A DNA stretch of 64,000 bases from Candidatus Bathyarchaeota archaeon (GCA_963770935.1 CAVYRJ010000011.1:105382-169381); one strand, 5' to 3'. Shown: positions 1 to 10,905, numbered from the stretch's first letter. Program-made: numbers and translations. The notes: a model not told the origin generated them from the sequence alone.

Positions 1-392
1 AAGCCAACCTATTTAGTATGGATGTCGGAAGAAAAATCAGCGTGCGTTCAGCATCAAAACTCTTGGCTAACGTACTGTTCAACCGTAGATACTCGCCATT
101 ATTCACGCAGACAATCGTCGGCGGTTTAGATGATGAAGGCGCATCGCTCTATGTGCTTGACGTCTTAGGGTCACTTATTCCTGACAAGTACGCAGTTGTG
201 GGTTCAGGCACAGAAATCGCAATGGGTGTTCTCGAAGAAGGCTATAAGGAAACCATGACTGCTAACGAAGCAAAAGAGCTTGTTACGCGGTCGATAAAGT
301 CAGCGGTTAGCCGAGATTCCATGAGCGGTGACGGAATTGACTTCCTTATTATAACTAAGGAAGGCGTTGCTGAAGAATCCATAAAGTTTTAG
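1..392 (+). CDS. psmB: proteasome beta subunit (5' truncated by window edge)
   Basis: Ntn-hydrolase motifs IVGGLD..G..LY..D..GS, GSG, RDSMSGDGID. Confidence 0.95.
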   Translation, partial: ANLFSMDVGRKISVRSASKLLANVLFNRRYSPLFTQTIVGGLDDEGASLYVLDVLGSLIPDKYAVVGSGTEIAMGVLEEGYKETMTANEAKELVTRSIKSAVSRDSMSGDGIDFLIITKEGVAEESIKF

Positions 393-469
393 CCAACCCT
401 TAATTTTTATTTTTTAGGTATAACAGGCAATTCAGCCCTTCGTAGGTTTGTGTTTGAGGAAGGTATGTT

Positions 470-1099
470 ATGTCGTTTGAATTAACCCAAGAAGAAGGAG
501 AATTCCTAATCAGCTTAGCCCGAAACACAGTAAAACAATATTTGGAAACAAGCAAAGCCCCAAAACCGCCCAAAGAAACACCTAAAAAACTCTTCGAGCA
601 CTGCGGCGTCTTTGTCACCATCAACAGTTTTGGGCAAGGCGAGAAGATGCTTCGCGGTTGCATCGGCTACCCCTACCCTACAAGTCCTTTAGTTGAAGCT
701 GTGATTGACAGCGCTGTTAACGCTGCAACGGAGGATCCACGCTTTGAGCCCATGTCCATAGCAGAGTTAGGTCATGTTGTTTTTGAAGTCAGCGTTCTCA
801 CACCTCCCGAACCAGTCGAAGTAGCCAACCCTAAAGAATACGTGAGCAAAATCAAAGTTGGAGAAGACGGCTTAATTATCGAACGTGGATATCACAAGGG
901 TTTGCTTCTGCCCCAGGTCCCCATGGAGTGGGGTTGGTGTGAAGAAGAGTTTTTATGCCAGTGCTGCATGAAAGCGGGGTTGCCACCAGACAGTTGGCTA
1001 ACAAAAGAAGCAAAAATCTACAAGTTCAAAGCAATAATCTTTGACGAAGAAACACCCAACGGCAAAGTCAAACGTCTAAACCTAACAAATAAGTCTTAA
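470..1099 (+). CDS. AMMECR1 / TIGR00296 family protein
   Basis: GVFVT, LRGCIG, EDPRF, EVSVLTPP, GLLLPQV motifs. Confidence 0.95.
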   Translation: MSFELTQEEGEFLISLARNTVKQYLETSKAPKPPKETPKKLFEHCGVFVTINSFGQGEKMLRGCIGYPYPTSPLVEAVIDSAVNAATEDPRFEPMSIAELGHVVFEVSVLTPPEPVEVANPKEYVSKIKVGEDGLIIERGYHKGLLLPQVPMEWGWCEEEFLCQCCMKAGLPPDSWLTKEAKIYKFKAIIFDEETPNGKVKRLNLTNKS

Positions 1100-2235
1100 T
1101 CTAACAGGGTTTCAACGATTGAAACTGCTCGATCTAAACCCTTAAACTTGTTAGAGAACTCGCTTAAAACCGTCATATTTTTGTCGTAGGTTTCTTTTTC
1201 GATCTGCATTTTTTCGATTGCTTTTTTGAGTTGTTTTTTGTTCTTTGCTGTTATGGAGCAGTTTAGGTCTTGTAGTTTAGCTGCGTTGCCTAGCTGTTCG
1301 GGCTGGGTTGGGATGCAGATGCTTGGTTTAGCATACTTGATGGTTTCAAAGCATGTTGCGTGTCCGCCGCTAAAAATCACAAATTTAGCATTTTTCATGG
1401 CTTCTTGTCGTTCTTCGTGCGAGAGCCATGTGTGGAGTTCGCAGTTGCCGATTTTCGTTGAAGCCTTCTTTCCTGGGGTGCCCAGACTTATAACGCATTT
1501 GGTTTTAAGTTTTCCAAGCACAGGGAGAAGGGTTTTCAGAAGTTTTGCTCTTGTTCCCGTGGGTCCGCTGATTGGAGCAAAAATATGATCTTGGGAGCCC
1601 CTAACAGGTGCTGTGTCGACGAAAGCTCCCACATACTCAGCGCTTCCGTTTAATCCTACATTCTCCAAGTTACCGATGTTATATTCGGAAACCGTATAGG
1701 GCGGTGGGTTGTCAGGGATTATGATTTTTGAGCAATTCTTTACGTACCGTTCAACCACGCGTTCTCCCGGACTGAGAAGAGCCGAGAAACCGTAGCTTGG
1801 TCTAATCATGTTGGCGATGTATACTGAGGGAATTTTCCATCTTTGGGCAAGGCGAAGAGCGTTTATGTCGCCGTCAGCAATAAGGATGTCTGGCGCAATG
1901 TCATGGAGGTTTTCTCTTAAGTCATAGTAGCGGTGGATGGTTTCCATGGCATTGGAGGTCTTGAGTTCAAACTTTTTTTGCTCCATGTTAAAGAGTGGAA
2001 GTGGAACTAGGAGGTTGAGAAGTGATGCCGACGTGTTTATGCCGTGAGCATTTTCATACCAGGCAACTGGTGTGCACTCGTAAACATGACTGAACTCTTT
2101 TTGGAGCATCTCATAGGCTTTTTTACCTGAAAAAAAGAACAGTTCGTGACCGTTTTTCTCCAGCCGTTTCCCTAATGGAATAATTCGTGAAACGTGTCCT
2201 AATCCGAGTTCGGAGCAGCTGAGTAACAGTCGCAT
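1096..2235 (-). CDS. GT-B glycosyltransferase (GT28/MJ1255-like)
   Basis: N-terminal GLGHVSR; C-terminal GGHAT..E and P.QPEQ..NA. Confidence 0.8.
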   Translation of the reverse strand: MRLLLSCSELGLGHVSRIIPLGKRLEKNGHELFFFSGKKAYEMLQKEFSHVYECTPVAWYENAHGINTSASLLNLLVPLPLFNMEQKKFELKTSNAMETIHRYYDLRENLHDIAPDILIADGDINALRLAQRWKIPSVYIANMIRPSYGFSALLSPGERVVERYVKNCSKIIIPDNPPPYTVSEYNIGNLENVGLNGSAEYVGAFVDTAPVRGSQDHIFAPISGPTGTRAKLLKTLLPVLGKLKTKCVISLGTPGKKASTKIGNCELHTWLSHEERQEAMKNAKFVIFSGGHATCFETIKYAKPSICIPTQPEQLGNAAKLQDLNCSITAKNKKQLKKAIEKMQIEKETYDKNMTVLSEFSNKFKGLDRAVSIVETLLD

Positions 2236-2328
2236 ATAGCATCAGTTAAGTGCAAGATTATATTTGAACTATCCCTTAATGGAGAAAAAAAGCAAGCATT
2301 TTAAGTTCAAAGCACCAACACTACAAGT

Positions 2329-3183
2329 ATGTTCATTCCAAGAAACCTATTAGAGGATAAACTTAGGCAAATCCTCGCCGACGACATCGGACAGGGCGAT
2401 GTGACAGCGGCAGCAGTTATTCCCTCAAATTTAATTGTCAAAGCAGAGCTTATTGCTAAAGAAGAGGGTGTAGTGGCTGGAATTGAAGAAGCAACTTTTT
2501 TTGCCGAAACCTTAGGGCTCAGCGTTAAAGCCAAGGTTTCTGACGGAGAAAAAATAAAAAACAAACAAGTCCTACTGCAGATTTCAGGTGATGCCCAAAC
2601 AATCCTTTCAGTTGAGAGAACAATGCTTAATCTTCTTTCGCGAATGAGCGGCATAGCAACCAAAACGCGAACGCTAACAGAGAGACTTGAGACGGCAAAG
2701 GTGAAAGCGAAAATTGCTGCAACACGCAAATCCGCCCCTGGACTGCTTTACTTCGACAAAAAAGCCGTAGTCATTGGAAGCGGTGACCCACATAGGCTGC
2801 ATCTGGATGATATGATTCTGATTAAGGATAATCACCTTGTTATTGTTGGAAGCGTTGAGGAAGCCGTTAGAAAAGCTAAGGCTAATGCCTCTTTCACCAA
2901 AAAAATCGAGGTTGAAGTAACTAATGTTGAGGATGCCTTGAAGGCAGCAAAAGTTGGAGCTGATATCGTTATGTTTGATAATTTTTCTCCAAAACAAGCC
3001 AAAGAAGCAAGCCAAGCGCTTAAGAAAGCGGGGTTTGGTAGCGTATTGCTTGAAGTTAGCGGCGGAATAATAGGCGATAACCTTTTGCAGTATGCGAAGG
3101 CAAATGTTGACATTATAAGTATGGGGGAAATAACTAACAGCGTAAAAGCGTTAGATATCAGTTTGGAAATATTGAAAAATTAA
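2329..3183 (+). CDS. nadC: nicotinate-nucleotide pyrophosphorylase (carboxylating)
   Basis: TRKS.PG, HR..L.D.ILIKDNH, IEVEV, MFDNF, EVSGGI. Confidence 0.95.
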   Translation: MFIPRNLLEDKLRQILADDIGQGDVTAAAVIPSNLIVKAELIAKEEGVVAGIEEATFFAETLGLSVKAKVSDGEKIKNKQVLLQISGDAQTILSVERTMLNLLSRMSGIATKTRTLTERLETAKVKAKIAATRKSAPGLLYFDKKAVVIGSGDPHRLHLDDMILIKDNHLVIVGSVEEAVRKAKANASFTKKIEVEVTNVEDALKAAKVGADIVMFDNFSPKQAKEASQALKKAGFGSVLLEVSGGIIGDNLLQYAKANVDIISMGEITNSVKALDISLEILKN

Positions 3184-3199
3184 AAAGAAAGGGTGCTTT

Positions 3200-3784
3200 T
3201 TAGCCGAGAGCCGTTATTACCCATGTTTCCACCAATGATGCAATAATAAGAAAGGCAGCAACGATTCCGATTAATATTGCAGTGTTTTTGAGTTCTCTCC
3301 ATCGGCGTTGGGTTAATCTGCGAAACAGCCATATGCTTTCTGAGATACCGATAGAGTAGGAGACATATTCTAACAAAAACGTTAATCCTATACCAATTAA
3401 TCCCAAGATTGCTGTGGTTAGTGAAATGTTGGGTACCGCTGCTGAAGCGGCAGTGACGCTTTGTAATCTGAGGGTGGCTCCTAAAGCGATACCAGTGTTT
3501 AGCATTACGAATAAGCCAAATACGGCACCTGCAAGAGGAATAAACATCGCAAGGCAAAGCAGAAAGTTGTTTAAGAAAATATGCTGGATTAACGTGCCAT
3601 TGGCGGTGTTATTAGTAACCGTTTGGTTTAGGGTATCATTTATCAGTCTAGCGTATTCATCGCTTATTGGCACTAATGTACCTATTAATGTAGTCGCAAT
3701 TGCGAGGATAAGCATGAAGATTACTGAGTAGATTCTCTTGCGTTTAGGTGAAGCTTCTTTCCAGAACGAAAATGGAATATTCAT
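3200..3784 (-). CDS. SpoIIM-like membrane protein
   Basis: IFLNN motif, several TM helices, C-terminal A..ET. Confidence 0.7.
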   Translation of the reverse strand: MNIPFSFWKEASPKRKRIYSVIFMLILAIATTLIGTLVPISDEYARLINDTLNQTVTNNTANGTLIQHIFLNNFLLCLAMFIPLAGAVFGLFVMLNTGIALGATLRLQSVTAASAAVPNISLTTAILGLIGIGLTFLLEYVSYSIGISESIWLFRRLTQRRWRELKNTAILIGIVAAFLIIASLVETWVITALG

Positions 3785-3796
3785 GTAGTTAACCTT

Positions 3797-4489
3797 CTAT
3801 TTTTGCGGTTTAATTTTTAAAGCTCTGAATCCTCTTGCAATGGGATTTAACGTTTCAGACAATTTAACCTTTGTTAATACTCCTTGCGTATCCACGCTGA
3901 ATCCGCGTACGTCATGCTCGTTTGCGATAAGCGAATGAAGATACACCCCGTTACCCAGGAATCTGGGTTGGCACATCAGCGGCAACCCCAACAAAACATT
4001 CTCTTTCTCATCCATTGCTTTTTGGGCAGCAAACAGAATCGCTTCTGCCCCAGCAGTCAACTCAGCTATCCGTACAGCCACGCTTTCTTTGCCAATAGCC
4101 AACATGTCTATGCCATGAAGCCGCTTGATTTCACAGGCGATTTTTCTGAGCTTTGGCAGAATCTTGAGAATGTTCTGTCTTCCTTTACTTGATGCTCGAA
4201 GGTTCATGAGCTCAACAGGTGATAGCTCTTCGACTGAAACTCCTCCAAGCGACATATCCAAATGCACAACATCAGCCTTCATTTTATCGAGTAAGCTTCT
4301 GCAGAGCTCAGCTTCATGCACAATCACATCAAATCCAGTTTCAACTTCTCTAAAAATCGGTTCAGCTAACCGAAATGATGGTTCCCTATAGGGTGGTTCA
4401 ACCAATACCGAAACAGAAGCAACATGGCAGACGGGGTTAAACTGATCGTCTAGTGTAGCTGCCGCAGAATCTGCTGAAATAATTTTCAA
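3797..4489 (-). CDS. DUF4152-like archaeal protein
   Basis: ISADS, VEPPY, VHLDMSLGG, AIGKES..VRIAEL. Confidence 0.7.
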   Translation of the reverse strand: MKIISADSAAATLDDQFNPVCHVASVSVLVEPPYREPSFRLAEPIFREVETGFDVIVHEAELCRSLLDKMKADVVHLDMSLGGVSVEELSPVELMNLRASSKGRQNILKILPKLRKIACEIKRLHGIDMLAIGKESVAVRIAELTAGAEAILFAAQKAMDEKENVLLGLPLMCQPRFLGNGVYLHSLIANEHDVRGFSVDTQGVLTKVKLSETLNPIARGFRALKIKPQK

Positions 4490-4527
4490 ATTTTACACCT
4501 AACAATATAGTGAGATTTGAGCAGAAA

Positions 4528-5169
4528 TTAATTTTCCCCTTCACATTCACGAGCCGTCTTTAAGCCCAAAGCTAAAAGGTACATTTCACTGCTTTGTTGG
4601 CGGCTTGCCTGAGGTTTCACCAACTTGACCTCCTCAAAGAGCGTTTTTATATTTAACAGGAAGTCATTGAGTAGGTCACCTTCGAAGACTTTGACAAAAA
4701 AGTTCCCGTTTGGTCTTAGCACACATTGGGCGATTTCGAGGGCTTGGGTGGCTAAGTCAATTTGTCTTGCGTGGTCAACTTCCCATACACCCGTGATGTT
4801 TGGGGCAGCATCACAGAGAACTACGTCTGCTTTTCGCGGAATAAACGAGATGATTTGATCAACAATTCCTGGCTCAGTGAAGTCGGCGATAATTGTTCGG
4901 ATGTATTCCTGAGTGAAAGGTTCAATTGCCTTTAAGTCAATACCTAAAACGAAGCCATGTTTGCCCGTCATTTTTCTTGCTGCTTGAATCCAGCCACCGG
5001 GAGCCGCGCCTAAATCAACAACTACATCGCGTAATTTAATGAAGCCATATTTCTCGTTAGCTTGAACCAGCTTGTATATGGATCGGCTGCGATAGTTTTC
5101 TTCTTTAGCTTTTTTATAATAATATTCGTTTTTTCTTTCACGTATCCAAGCTTTCGGCAACGGAATCAT
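4528..5169 (-). CDS. rlmE: 23S rRNA U2552 2'-O-methyltransferase
   Basis: YRSRS.YKL, DLGAAPGGW, DAAPNITG, KP.ASR..SSE.Y. Confidence 0.95.
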   Translation of the reverse strand: MIPLPKAWIRERKNEYYYKKAKEENYRSRSIYKLVQANEKYGFIKLRDVVVDLGAAPGGWIQAARKMTGKHGFVLGIDLKAIEPFTQEYIRTIIADFTEPGIVDQIISFIPRKADVVLCDAAPNITGVWEVDHARQIDLATQALEIAQCVLRPNGNFFVKVFEGDLLNDFLLNIKTLFEEVKLVKPQASRQQSSEMYLLALGLKTARECEGEN

Positions 5170-5578
5170 CCTCGGGCATGCTGGGTTCTGATACGTCTGC
5201 GCTTGGACCTTCAGGAGTAACTGGAGCTTCTTTTCCCAAGTTAAGTATCCAATCGGTTAGTTTTGGGCAACTTTTCGGTGAAAGAGCAGTTGTTGGGTCG
5301 CATCTTGCGTTGTCTGGGCAAAGAAGGCATGGGCAGTCTACGATGGTTTCTATTGATGCAGGCAACCTTTTAGGGTAGAGCCTGTATGTCCATCTGCCTT
5401 CTTGGAGTTCTTTTTCCCTGCGGATAAGTCCTTTCTCTTCAAGTTTGATTGAGACGCGTGAGCCTTCGCGGCTGCTTGCGCCGAGTTCACGCCATAAATC
5501 TGATTGAAGAACACCCTGATAGCCTGTACCGACGACGTAGTGGAGTGCTTTCTGTTCAAGGTCATTGCGTTTAGGCAT
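5138..5578 (-). CDS. winged-helix regulator with C-terminal Cys cluster
   Basis: GVLQSDLWRELG.SSREGSR...KLE..GLI wHTH; CPCxxC..C..C. Confidence 0.75.
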   Translation of the reverse strand: MPKRNDLEQKALHYVVGTGYQGVLQSDLWRELGASSREGSRVSIKLEEKGLIRREKELQEGRWTYRLYPKRLPASIETIVDCPCLLCPDNARCDPTTALSPKSCPKLTDWILNLGKEAPVTPEGPSADVSEPSMPEDDSVAESLDT

Positions 5579-5647
5579 TTAGATCAGTTCCAAATAATAC
5601 AGTAATATAAGCGTTGGATTCACATAAAAATATGTATCCCCAGTTAA

Positions 5648-6688
5648 ATGTGGAATGACATGAAAAAGGCAAAGAAAACTGATTTGGGCAATTACTGCTT
5701 GGGCATCGAATCCTCAGCTGACGACTTCGGAGTTGGCATAGCCACGTTTGGCGGTGAAATCTTAGCTAACAAATCCGACGGATATATCCCAGCGGAAGGC
5801 GGAATCCACCCTAGAGAGGCAGCAAGGCACCATGCGGAAGTAGCCGATAAGGTGCTTAAGGAGGCTTTTTCAAAAGCCGGCGTAAAACCCGACGAATTAA
5901 CGGTTATCGCGTTTTCTCAGGGACCAGGCTTAGGACCATCGTTGCGTACGGGAGCAACCGTCGCGCGAGCTTTGGCATCGTACCTTAAGGTTCCACTCGT
6001 AGGTGTCAACCATTCGGTAGCCCACATAGAAATCGGAAAACTTAAAACAGGCGCTCAAGACCCCGTGACGCTCTACGCTTCAGGAGGCAACACAATGGTT
6101 ACCGCCTTCGAATCGGGACGCTACCGCGTGTTCGGCGAAACCTTAGATATTGCGCTTGGCAACTGTTTGGACGTTTTTGCTCGGGAAGCAGGGCTTAAGC
6201 ACAAGAAGGGTTTGCCGCTTGGCGCATCCGTTGAGCAGTTGGCGGCTAAAGGTGAAAAGCTGGTTTCTTTGCCGTATGTGGTCAAGGGCATGGATTTGTC
6301 GCTTAGCGGCTTGTTAACAGCGGCAACAACTGTGCTACAGAAGGGTGATTGCAGGCTGGAGGATTTGTGTTACAGTCTCCAAGAACACGCCTTCTCAATG
6401 GTTACTGAAGTTACTGAACGGGCGTTGGCACATACCGAAAAAAAGGAGGTCTTGCTGACTGGAGGAGTGGCGGCAAACAAACGTCTACAATCAATGCTTG
6501 CCATAATCGCTGAGGAGCATGATGCCCGCTTCAATGTGGTTCCGCTGGAGTTTGCTACTGACAACGGCGCCATGATTGCATGGACAGGAACCTTAGCCTA
6601 TCGGCATGGGTTAGTTACGCCTGTTGATGAGAGTTTTGTGAAGTTACGTTGGAGAGTCGACAAGGTGGATGTGCCATGGATACAATAG
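5648..6688 (+). CDS. kae1: KEOPS t6A synthase Kae1
   Basis: GIESSAD, GGIHPREAA.HH, GPG.GP.L, VNH..AH, GGVAAN, DNGAMIA. Confidence 0.97.
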   Translation: MWNDMKKAKKTDLGNYCLGIESSADDFGVGIATFGGEILANKSDGYIPAEGGIHPREAARHHAEVADKVLKEAFSKAGVKPDELTVIAFSQGPGLGPSLRTGATVARALASYLKVPLVGVNHSVAHIEIGKLKTGAQDPVTLYASGGNTMVTAFESGRYRVFGETLDIALGNCLDVFAREAGLKHKKGLPLGASVEQLAAKGEKLVSLPYVVKGMDLSLSGLLTAATTVLQKGDCRLEDLCYSLQEHAFSMVTEVTERALAHTEKKEVLLTGGVAANKRLQSMLAIIAEEHDARFNVVPLEFATDNGAMIAWTGTLAYRHGLVTPVDESFVKLRWRVDKVDVPWIQ

Positions 6689-7347
6689 ATAAAGTAGACA
6701 CGGCAAAGCTGCTTAAGAAAGGCGCCGAAGCCAGCCTTTTCCTTGCTGGATTGGCATGAACGAAAAGTAATCGTTAAAGTCCGAATTCCAAAAAGGTACC
6801 GCCCGCCAGCACTGGATGAGCGGATTCGAAGTTACCGCACGGTGCATGAGCCTCAGTTGATGCATGAAGCCAAAGCCGCTGGGGTGCCGACGCCGCTGAT
6901 TTACATGGTAAACGTACCACGAATCCTCAATTATCATGGAGTACATTGAAGGGCAGCAAGTAAAACAGGTTCTAAACAGGGTTTCCAAAGCGGAGCGCCA
7001 TGACTTATGCGTTAAAATCGGCGAATCCATCGCAAGACTCCACAGACATGGCTTAATCCATGGCGACCTAACGACCTCCAACATGATACTAAGTCCCAAA
7101 GGAGAAGTTTTCTTTGTCGACTTTGGTTTAGGCGAAAAAAACATCGAACTCGAAGCGCAAGGCGTGGATTTGCATTTGCTCAAGCGTGCATTGCAGAGTA
7201 CGCACTTCCAGCATTGGGAAGAATGCTTCCAAAACGTGCTTGTGCGGCTACACATCCATTTTAGGCGTGCAAGTGGCGGAAAAGGTTTATGAGAAAATCA
7301 GGGAAATAGAGAGGCGTGGGCGCTATGTTGAAGAACGCAAACAATGA
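6676..7347 (+). CDS. bud32: KEOPS kinase Bud32 (several frameshifts, probably assembly errors)
   Basis: KKGAEA, K.R.PK.YR, HGDLTTSN, DFGL, RRGRY spread over frames directly after kae1. Confidence 0.9.
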
Positions 7348-7989
7348 AGTATGCCAAATTCCCAAACGCAAGGTTGTCTTTTTTGCAACGGGCAACATCA
7401 ACAAATTCAATGAGGCACGAAGCATCCTTAGCCAACATGGCCTCGCAGTCGGCATGCTCAAGCTGAAAGGGGACGAAATACAGAGCGAGAGCCTAAAAGA
7501 AATCGCACAAAAAAGCGTCATAAAATGCTTATCAGACGGTGCCGCTTACCGATTTTTGTGGAGGACGCAGGCTTATTTATCGATGCCTTAAGCGGTTTTC
7601 CCGGTCCATACGCCGCTTACGTTTACCACACTATCCACAACAGCGGTATCCTAAAACTCATGGAGAACTGGTAGAATAGGCATGCTAAATTCCAATCCGT
7701 CATAGCCTACTGCGACGAACAAACCACTTGCGAACCTATATGTTTCGAGGGCGAATCCAAGGGCGAAATAACCTTGGCTGAACGCAAAGAACAGGGCAAG
7801 TCAGGTTTCGGCTTTGACCCAATCTTCCAGCCAGAAGGCAGCGACAAAACGTTTGCGGAAATGACTATCGAGGAAAAGAACGGTTACTCGCACAGGGCGA
7901 TGGCTATACGCAAATTTGCTGAATGGTACATGAAACAGATAAGCCTAAGAGCTCAATTTGCACAAAACAAAATTTTATATTGGTATTGA
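7344..7989 (+). CDS. rdgB: XTP/dITP diphosphatase (HAM1/RdgB), interrupted reading frame
   Basis: [19 protein letters not shown]....[22 protein letters not shown] across frames. Confidence 0.88.
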
Positions 7990-8021
7990 TGCATAAGCAG
8001 AATTGGTGAGAGTGCAATTAT

Positions 8022-8531
8022 ATGATTCGAAATGCCGCAAGAGTCAAGTCTCCTTATGAGGGCTTAATTACTGCCTTAGCCATAGGCGGATTCTTCGTCA
8101 TATTGGGTTCTGTCTTTGCCTTTACACCCGGAATCGTACAGGATTCAAACGCGTTCGTTTCAGACTTAACAACAGTATCGTTTCCGTTTGGCAGTCCAGG
8201 TTCAACAATGAGCCTGCTAGGTCCAGCGAACCCAGCCGACCATCAGGACTTCTACACTGCAGTCATGAATTTCCTTATAGGCGTCGGGGTTCTGCAAATC
8301 GTAGTTTTAGCCCTCAGGTTGGCGGTGCATTCGCGGACTAGTCGGATAGCTGAAAGTGTTGGCGACTTGATATTTTGGCTGGGTGCCGCAGCTGTGGCAA
8401 ACATTTTCCTATTAGCAGGAACACTCAACAGCTGGTTCCAATTCTGGTCAGCATTAATCATTCTCATCGGTCTATCGTTGATTGGGCGGTTCTTCGTGCA
8501 TATGGCAGGCAAGTTCCGACGGCACGAATAA
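8022..8531 (+). CDS. 4-TM membrane protein, paralogue of 27388-27891
   Basis: hydrophobic helices; shared PANPA.H, R.AE, FWLG, WF.FW. Confidence 0.75.
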   Translation: MIRNAARVKSPYEGLITALAIGGFFVILGSVFAFTPGIVQDSNAFVSDLTTVSFPFGSPGSTMSLLGPANPADHQDFYTAVMNFLIGVGVLQIVVLALRLAVHSRTSRIAESVGDLIFWLGAAAVANIFLLAGTLNSWFQFWSALIILIGLSLIGRFFVHMAGKFRRHE

Positions 8532-8620
8532 GAGAGGTAAAAATTTCGGATTTTTCTCTTAAAGGGATTACTTTTAAATATTCGTTGGGTGTGGATAAGG
8601 GTGCAGTTTAAGGTGTAAGC

Positions 8621-9061
8621 ATGCCAAAGCAAGAAAAAGGGAAATCCCATTCAATGCGCCCAGTCAGCAGGCGTCCTCCAAGCTGGTGCAAGTATCAGCC
8701 TGAAGAAGTAGATTCATTCATAATTAAACTGGCTAAAGAAGGCCACTCACTAAGCGCAATAGGCACAATTCTAAGAGATCAATATGCTATTCCATTGGTG
8801 AAACCAATAACGGGCAAGAGCATAAGCGATACGCTAAAAGCAGCAAACTTGGCTCCAACCATGCCTGAAGACCTATCCAACCTCATGAAAAAGGCGCAGA
8901 GCCTCGCCGTCCACATGGACAAAAACAAGAAAGACCTCCACAACAAACGCAACATGCAAATCATCGAAGCCCAAATCCACAAGCTATCCCGCTACTACAA
9001 GCGTGAGGGCGTTATCGCTAAGAACTGGAAGTACGTGCCAAAAATCGCTTCCGTAACCTAA
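8621..9061 (+). CDS. rps15: 30S ribosomal protein S15 (uS15)
   Basis: IG.ILRDQY.IP, PEDL..L, DLHNKR, L.RYYK. Confidence 0.97.
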   Translation: MPKQEKGKSHSMRPVSRRPPSWCKYQPEEVDSFIIKLAKEGHSLSAIGTILRDQYAIPLVKPITGKSISDTLKAANLAPTMPEDLSNLMKKAQSLAVHMDKNKKDLHNKRNMQIIEAQIHKLSRYYKREGVIAKNWKYVPKIASVT

Positions 9062-9138
9062 ACTTTTCTTTCTATTTTAGATTTTATCTATTTCTTATAC
9101 GCCAGCTTTAAATCCCATCAGCCCTTTTAGGCAAAGAA

Positions 9139-10614
9139 GTGATTAGGATGGCAATGCAGCAAAAATCCATCGAAGGCTTCTTAGAGGCAGAAAACGAAGC
9201 GGCAAAGGTAATTTTGGAAACTGTCAAGAAAGACGGCTTTGTTTTGGTGTTTTCGCATTTGGATGCAGATGGGGTAGCAGCTGCAGGCGTCATAGGTAAA
9301 ATGCTCTATCGACTCAATGCACGTTTCCGAATTCGAGTGATGCAGTGGGTTGATGACAAAATCATCGGCGAAGTCATCGCAGACAAACCGCAACTGGTTA
9401 TTTTGACTGATTTTGGAAGTGGCTATCTGGACTTGCTAAACGAGAAAATCCCAAATGTTAAGGTTGTAATTCTTGATCACCATCAAATAACCAGCAAAGT
9501 TGTTAACCCAAATTTTGTGCAGGTTAACCCGCACCTCTTCGGCATCGATGGGGCGACAGATGTTAGCGGTTCAGGCGTGGCTTATTTTGCTGCTAGGGCT
9601 GTGAATTCGGCAAACATGGATTTAGCACCTATAGCCTTGGTTGGCGCCTTGGGTGACATGCAGGACAAGTATGAACAACGCAGCCTACAAAGCCTAAACG
9701 AAATAATAGTTAACGATGGGGTCTCAACTGGCTTGTTAAAAGTTGAGAAGGACTTAATTTTCTTCGGTCGAGAAACAAGACCCATCTACAAGATGTTAGC
9801 TACCACAACTAACCCGTTTATTCCAGGACTTAGCGGTCAAGAAACTGAAGCATTAAATTTTGTAGCAAACCTAGGCATTCCCCTCAAGCAGGGTGACAAG
9901 CTGAGGGCTCTTTGTGACTTAACCAACGAAGAGCGGAAACGGCTCTGTTCTGCTCTTGCTGACTACCTGCTATCTAGGGGGTTGCACATGGAAGTTGAAA
10001 ACCTTATTGGCTACGTTTATGTTTTGACTAAGGAAGAACCCAACACGGCGCTTCGTGATGGACGGGAATTCGCGGTTGTTTTGAATTCGGCAGGACGTAT
10101 GGACCGTCCAAGCCTCGGCATCGCTATCTGTATGGGCGACCGTAAAGCAGCTCTTGAAGAATCCAACAAAATTCTTGAAGACTACCGCAAGAACATTAAC
10201 AAATACCTTGGTTGGGTAAGCGAAAAACCTGAACGTATGCGTGAACTCCAAAACATATATGTCATCTACGGGGAGAACTTTATCAACGAAAAAATCATCG
10301 GCACTGTTTCCTCCATTATTGTGTCAAGTCTTGCCAACAACGAAAAACCGCTCTTAGCGTTTGCTAACATCGAGGCAGAGAAAGCGGCAAAGTTTTCCGG
10401 CAGAACAACCGAAGCTGCACTGCGCAAAGGCGTCAACCTAGGAGATGTTATGCGTCTTGCTTCTGAAGCCAACGGCGGAAAGGGGGGAGGACACAACATC
10501 GCAGCAGGCGCACAAGTACCTTTGGATAAGATTGAGGCTTTTCTGAAGTTGGCAGATGAGTTGATTGGAAGGCAATTGAAGGGGGAGAAGCTTGCAAGCA
10601 ACAATAACGCTTGA
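9139..10614 (+). CDS. RecJ/Cdc45-like DHH phosphoesterase (GAN type)
   Basis: HLDADG, DFGSG, LDHH, GGGHNIAAGA; conserved position after rps15. Confidence 0.9.
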   Translation: MIRMAMQQKSIEGFLEAENEAAKVILETVKKDGFVLVFSHLDADGVAAAGVIGKMLYRLNARFRIRVMQWVDDKIIGEVIADKPQLVILTDFGSGYLDLLNEKIPNVKVVILDHHQITSKVVNPNFVQVNPHLFGIDGATDVSGSGVAYFAARAVNSANMDLAPIALVGALGDMQDKYEQRSLQSLNEIIVNDGVSTGLLKVEKDLIFFGRETRPIYKMLATTTNPFIPGLSGQETEALNFVANLGIPLKQGDKLRALCDLTNEERKRLCSALADYLLSRGLHMEVENLIGYVYVLTKEEPNTALRDGREFAVVLNSAGRMDRPSLGIAICMGDRKAALEESNKILEDYRKNINKYLGWVSEKPERMRELQNIYVIYGENFINEKIIGTVSSIIVSSLANNEKPLLAFANIEAEKAAKFSGRTTEAALRKGVNLGDVMRLASEANGGKGGGHNIAAGAQVPLDKIEAFLKLADELIGRQLKGEKLASNNNA

Positions 10615-10843
10615 GTACAAAAGCGAGAAAACCGCGCAGGCTGTTTCAGAGGCGGTTTCGCCTGACAACTTCAAAACCCCAGTTGGGCTACAAGTTAAGA
10701 CCATACGAGAAAAAAACAAAGTCATAACAGAAATAGACTGCGAAGGTAAACTCGTAACCTTCACAGCAACCATAGACGATTTGCTCTTTAGTGCATCGAC
10801 CGCAGAAAAAACTCTTTATACAATAAACAAAATCAAAACCTAA
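10592..10843 (+). CDS. pcc1: KEOPS subunit Pcc1
   Basis: A.AV..AVSPDN and ATIDDLL motifs; rps15-DHH-pcc1 order. Confidence 0.85.
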   Translation: MQATITLEYKSEKTAQAVSEAVSPDNFKTPVGLQVKTIREKNKVITEIDCEGKLVTFTATIDDLLFSASTAEKTLYTINKIKT

Positions 10844-10905
10844 GTTATCGCTGCCTTAAATTTTAAATATAAAAACCGTGAAAATTAGTCGAACTTTGAT
10901 AAACA

